A DNA stretch of 61,809 nt, filler included. It is 9 parts of 9 records of this genome, joined end to end, with 100 filler letters (N's around TTAATTAATTAA, not from the genome) between each part and the next. Parts side by side here need not be neighbours in the genome. Positions count along the whole stretch, not along the records: positions 56,612 to 61,809 come from SRR31156797_38727; 8 more parts are not named here. One strand, written 5' to 3'. Shown here one piece after another: positions 58,352-61,809 of the stretch. Numbering within the stretch: position 1 is the stretch's first letter; every line of letters starts with the position of its first letter. Below the pieces are notes generated by a model. That model made no database searches and had not been told where the DNA came from. It was given only the letters and a program-made list of their open reading frames with translations. Made by a program: the position numbers and the translations under genes.

Positions 58352-59724
58352 CGGGCGGCCGCCTCCTCCGCCAGTTTTTTCGTCCGGCCCTGGACCTTAT
58401 AGACGAGCTTCATCGCGTCGGTGCCGTAAAACAGGCAGACGCTGGAGCCCTTTTTATATTCAAGCAGATCCGGCGCATCCAGCTCGTGCAGCGTGCAGCG
58501 CAGCCGGTCCTCCGGGACGCCTGCCATCAACAATCGCAGATAATAGTCCCGCGCGCGCGGGCCTGTGGCAACGATGCGCGTGATGTTGTCTCTATTTAAA
58601 AACTCAAAGTCGCAGTCATACAGCCACGTTACGTTTTCAGACCAGTGCTGGTCGTCGGAGAGGTTATTCATCATCATGATAATCTCTTTATCGCCTGGAA
58701 GGCCAGAGATGTAATCAAAGGCGCGGGAGCAGGCCAGAGCGTTGCGGTCCTTTGACATCTGCATAACAACCTTGACGTCCCCGGCTTCCTGGATATTAAA
58801 GCGTGTTTCCACGATCTTTGTCTTCTCAAACCCGGCTTTAATCTGATCATGCGCCAGGCCAAACTCGCGCAGCGCCGCGACGACCGTCACCATATTGTAG
58901 ATGTTGAAAATACTGTCGCTCAGCAGCCGGTACTGCATATTTTCATCCCCGTTGGCCACCGTCATCGTCATTGAAGCGATATCGATGTCTTTGCCAAGGT
59001 AATCACTCTCGGGCGATTTAAAGCCACAGTCCCGGCAGTGGGCCTTGCCGATATGATGATAGCGCCTGTAATCGTAGACGAGCTCGCCCCGGCATTCCGG
59101 ACAGATCTGCATATCGTTAATTAGATTAATGCAGTCGATGACGTCTGATGCCATCTTGTCAAGCCCGAAATAAACGCGTGGATTGTCGGGGCTCACCCCG
59201 GCGGATATTAGATCGTCGGCGTTTAAAACAAGCTTTGTCGTCTTCGGCACCGCGCCCTCAATGATGCCCGCTATGTACTGCGGGTGCGCATTGCGCATAA
59301 TTGAGTCGCGAAACAGATTGGTGATAACAAGCAGGTCCGGCTTCACATAGGGATATATGCGTTTGGAGGACCGCTCGTCCACCTCAAAAACAGCGGTATC
59401 GTATTTCGATTTTCCGAAAATACCGCAGCCCATGAGAAGGCTGGTAGCGATACCGGCCGCCACGTTGGACCCCAACTGATTGTTAAGTACACGGTAGCCG
59501 TTCTGAGTCAGCACATCGTTTAACAGGTTTGAAACGGTGGTTTTACCGTTTGTGCCGGTGACGGCAATAATTCTTTTCGGCTTGCCGATATGCGCGAGAA
59601 AATCGGGGCACAGCTTGAGCGCTACATACCCCGGAAAATACGTGGCGTTACGCCGCAAAAGCCTCAGCGCCAGCCGTCCGCATTTGGCAATCCATAATGT
59701 CAGAAGAAATCGGATTTTTCCCAT
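58348..59724 (-). CDS. MurT-like Mur ligase with zinc finger and DUF1727-like C-terminus
   Basis: P-loop TGTNGKTT, EVDE, TNLFRD, LNADD, CPEC..CRDC, WLYDCDFE; ATGA-coupled to the GatD-like gene. Confidence 0.9.
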   Translation of the reverse strand: MGKIRFLLTLWIAKCGRLALRLLRRNATYFPGYVALKLCPDFLAHIGKPKRIIAVTGTNGKTTVSNLLNDVLTQNGYRVLNNQLGSNVAAGIATSLLMGCGIFGKSKYDTAVFEVDERSSKRIYPYVKPDLLVITNLFRDSIMRNAHPQYIAGIIEGAVPKTTKLVLNADDLISAGVSPDNPRVYFGLDKMASDVIDCINLINDMQICPECRGELVYDYRRYHHIGKAHCRDCGFKSPESDYLGKDIDIASMTMTVANGDENMQYRLLSDSIFNIYNMVTVVAALREFGLAHDQIKAGFEKTKIVETRFNIQEAGDVKVVMQMSKDRNALACSRAFDYISGLPGDKEIIMMMNNLSDDQHWSENVTWLYDCDFEFLNRDNITRIVATGPRARDYYLRLLMAGVPEDRLRCTLHELDAPDLLEYKKGSSVCLFYGTDAMKLVYKVQGRTKKLAEEAAAR

Positions 59725-59779
59725 TTAAGTCTGCCTTCTTATTAATAATTCTTCCGTAAATGCTAATCTGGGTGACATC

Positions 59780-60415
59780 TTATTTAAGTCTAGCCACACA
59801 GCGGTGGATTGAGACGCCCTGCTCATAAAATTTGAGCTCGTAGTCCGTCATAACACCGTTGGGCCCGTCCTTATGAAGGTCACGCGTCATATCCGACAGC
59901 TCATAACCGCACTGCGTCAGCTGCGCCAGCGAAAAGTCAAACAGCAGGGCGTTGTCCGTTTTGATATGGATTTCCCCACCAGGCTTTAAAATAGACCTGT
60001 AATTTTTCAAAAAGCTCTCATACGTCAGCCGGCGCTTGGCGTGCCCCTTTTTGGGCCACGGGTCACTGAAATTCAAATAAATACGCCCGACCTCACCGGG
60101 GCCGAACAACTCGGGCAGACGCACGGCGTCCGCGTCTATATAACGGACATTCTTAAGGCTGGCGTCCTGGGTGCGCTCCATCGCGATAACCATCGCTTCC
60201 GGCACGCGCTCAAGGCCGATAAAAAGCGTGTCCGGCTCGGCGCACGCTGTTTCCGTTATAAAACGGCCCTTGCCGCAGCCGATTTCCAGACGCAGCTCGT
60301 TATAGCCCGGGAAATCTTCCAGCCACCGTCCCCTGCAATCCGCCGGTGTGGCAACTAATACATCGGCGCAACGTTCAAAGCGCTGCGGTAAATTCGGTTT
60401 TTTTCTCATCCTCAT
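59780..60415 (-). CDS. trmB: tRNA (guanine-N7)-methyltransferase
   Basis: LEIGCGKG, NFSDPWPKKGHAKRRL, KTDN, TDYE.KF. Confidence 0.95.
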   Translation of the reverse strand: MRMRKKPNLPQRFERCADVLVATPADCRGRWLEDFPGYNELRLEIGCGKGRFITETACAEPDTLFIGLERVPEAMVIAMERTQDASLKNVRYIDADAVRLPELFGPGEVGRIYLNFSDPWPKKGHAKRRLTYESFLKNYRSILKPGGEIHIKTDNALLFDFSLAQLTQCGYELSDMTRDLHKDGPNGVMTDYELKFYEQGVSIHRCVARLK

Positions 60416-60434
60416 TATGAAACCACCTTGCAGT

Positions 60435-60463
60435 ATTCTAGCACACTGCGTTTAAATGCGCAA
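60435..60463 (-). promoter_or_regulatory. Sigma-A promoter of trmB (probably continuing into murT-gatD)
   Basis: Minus strand TTGCGC-N17-TAGAAT with TG extension, 20 bp upstream of the trmB start. Confidence 0.65.
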
Positions 60464-60465
60464 AC

Positions 60466-60489
60466 AAAAAGCCCCGCAAAGGCGGGGCT
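60466..60489 (-). terminator. Rho-independent terminator of the MFS gene
   Basis: Minus strand AGCCCCGC-CTTT-GCGGGGCT followed by a T-run. Confidence 0.8.
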
Positions 60490-60532
60490 GATGCAACCTG
60501 AAAGTTGCCCTGTCTGCCGACAGATACGCGTC

Positions 60533-61767
60533 TTATTCTATCACGGGCACAACAGGCGTTTCCATTGCGTTTCTGCGGCTTCGCAGCCATGTCGTACCAA
60601 TCAGGATCACACCGCAGATAAGGGCGACGACCGCTACGAATTTAAACCGGTACACGGTTGATTCGCCGCCGAGCGCGGTCGTCAAATTTGTAAAAATAAC
60701 CGGTGATAAAAAGCCGCCGAGTCCGGGAAAAATGCAATTGACAATGGCCGTCGACGTAGCGGAATTGGAGGCGTTTACACGGCAGGACGTTGAAAACAGG
60801 CACTGGGGGACCATAACACTGATGGCAGTACCGGCAATAAACACGCCGATTAGGTCCACAGCCAGCGACGTAAAACCCAGGCTGATCGTTATGTAGCCGG
60901 CGGCGACGATCATAAACGCCAGCGGGATCATGTAATCCTTGAGCCTGGCGGAAAGCTTGCTGTAAATTAACCCGGAGAAAACGCCGCCCGCCATCTGTAC
61001 CGCTGTGGCGATGCCGGCCGTGGCCGTATTGCCGAGGCCGGCCGCTTTGATGTGATTGGAGATGTTCGTGCTGCCGACAGGAAAAATAAGCAGGAAAACA
61101 AATGTAATGATGCCGTAATAAAAGATATCCAGCGGCACTTTCGTCTTCACGGGTTTCTGGTCAGCCCCCACTGTTTCAGCCGGCAGTTGTTTGTCGCGGG
61201 GAATCATGATGATACAGACAACGACAACCGGCGCCGCCATGAGCAGCAGCACATAACCGCCGTACCAGACAACAGACGCCAAAAAGCCGCCGATAGCACT
61301 GATAAATATGCCGCCGAGATTGATCACCGACGTCTGGACACCAATGCTCATACGGCGTTCCCGCTCATCAAAATTATCAAAAAGGATACTGGCCGACGTT
61401 GAAATAAAAAAGCCCATTCCCGCGCCAATTAATACACTGAATAAGACAAGATGCCAGATCTGCTGGTGTAAAAAGACCGCCGCGAGACCCGTTACAGTGA
61501 GGAGCACCATACCGATGACGACGCTCGTCTTTTTGGTGATCCAGCCCCTATGTATAATCAGTGCGGAAAAAAGCGAAAATCCAACAGACATGAGGCTCGG
61601 CTCGGCAGCACCATAATCGTCTGAACAGTTGACAGACTGATCTGCGGAAATATCTCGGATTGGATCTTGGCAATCCCCGGCGTTAGCGCAAACTGCGCCA
61701 TCTGCAGAAATGCCGTTATCATAATAGCGATAAAAAGCCGCCTATTGCGGCGAGACATCTTGGACAT
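60533..61767 (-). pseudogene. MFS transporter split by a 5-bp duplication (frameshift)
   Basis: ORFs 61558-61788 and 60533-61591 join into one multi-TM MFS protein (..VLPSLMSVGF..) if one GGCTC copy at 61594-61603 is removed. Confidence 0.8.
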
Positions 61768-61809
61768 AGCTTCCTCCCCTGTATTCATACAGGCCGTGGA
61801 CTAAAGACC

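Overview
This window is not one genomic locus. It is nine unrelated contigs (5-12 kb each) joined by eight identical 100-bp artificial linkers (44 N + TTAATTAATTAA + 44 N), so gene neighbourhoods are only meaningful inside a contig. Gene content suggests contigs 1-6 and 8 are Desulfobacterota-like anaerobes, contig 7 is Desulfovibrionaceae-like and contig 9 is Bacillota (Clostridia)-like; these are inferences. Contents: (1) FecR-OmpA-CHASE2 hybrid kinase-FabF paralogue; (2) K+ channel-YbjN-PspA-DUF4178 operon, NifU-like/TetR, tupABC; (3) GAF kinase, YihY, a cNMP-PAS-TM protein, STAS-MlaE/MlaF/MlaD/PqiC-like operon, ettA, ttcA-like, moaC; (4) hybrid kinase with a D-to-N receiver, divergent alanine-racemase-fold enzyme, GGDEF; (5) degenerate kinase, NtrC-type activator, sigma-54 promoter, FIST protein, PAS hybrid kinase, small Dabb-like protein; (6) LIV-type ABC transporter with embedded acyl-CoA synthetase; (7) NhaC-family transporter, purT, ubiX, uvrC, porin; (8) hybrid kinase, QueG-like enzyme, AEC transporter, GntR, TTT transporter; (9) Ogg-like glycosylase, MurT with a GatD lacking its catalytic residues, trmB, frameshifted MFS. 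I found no rRNA, tRNA, CRISPR array or intact mobile element. The best candidates for undescribed biology are the MurT plus glutaminase-dead GatD pair and the FIST / hybrid kinase / pseudokinase / sigma-54 circuit.
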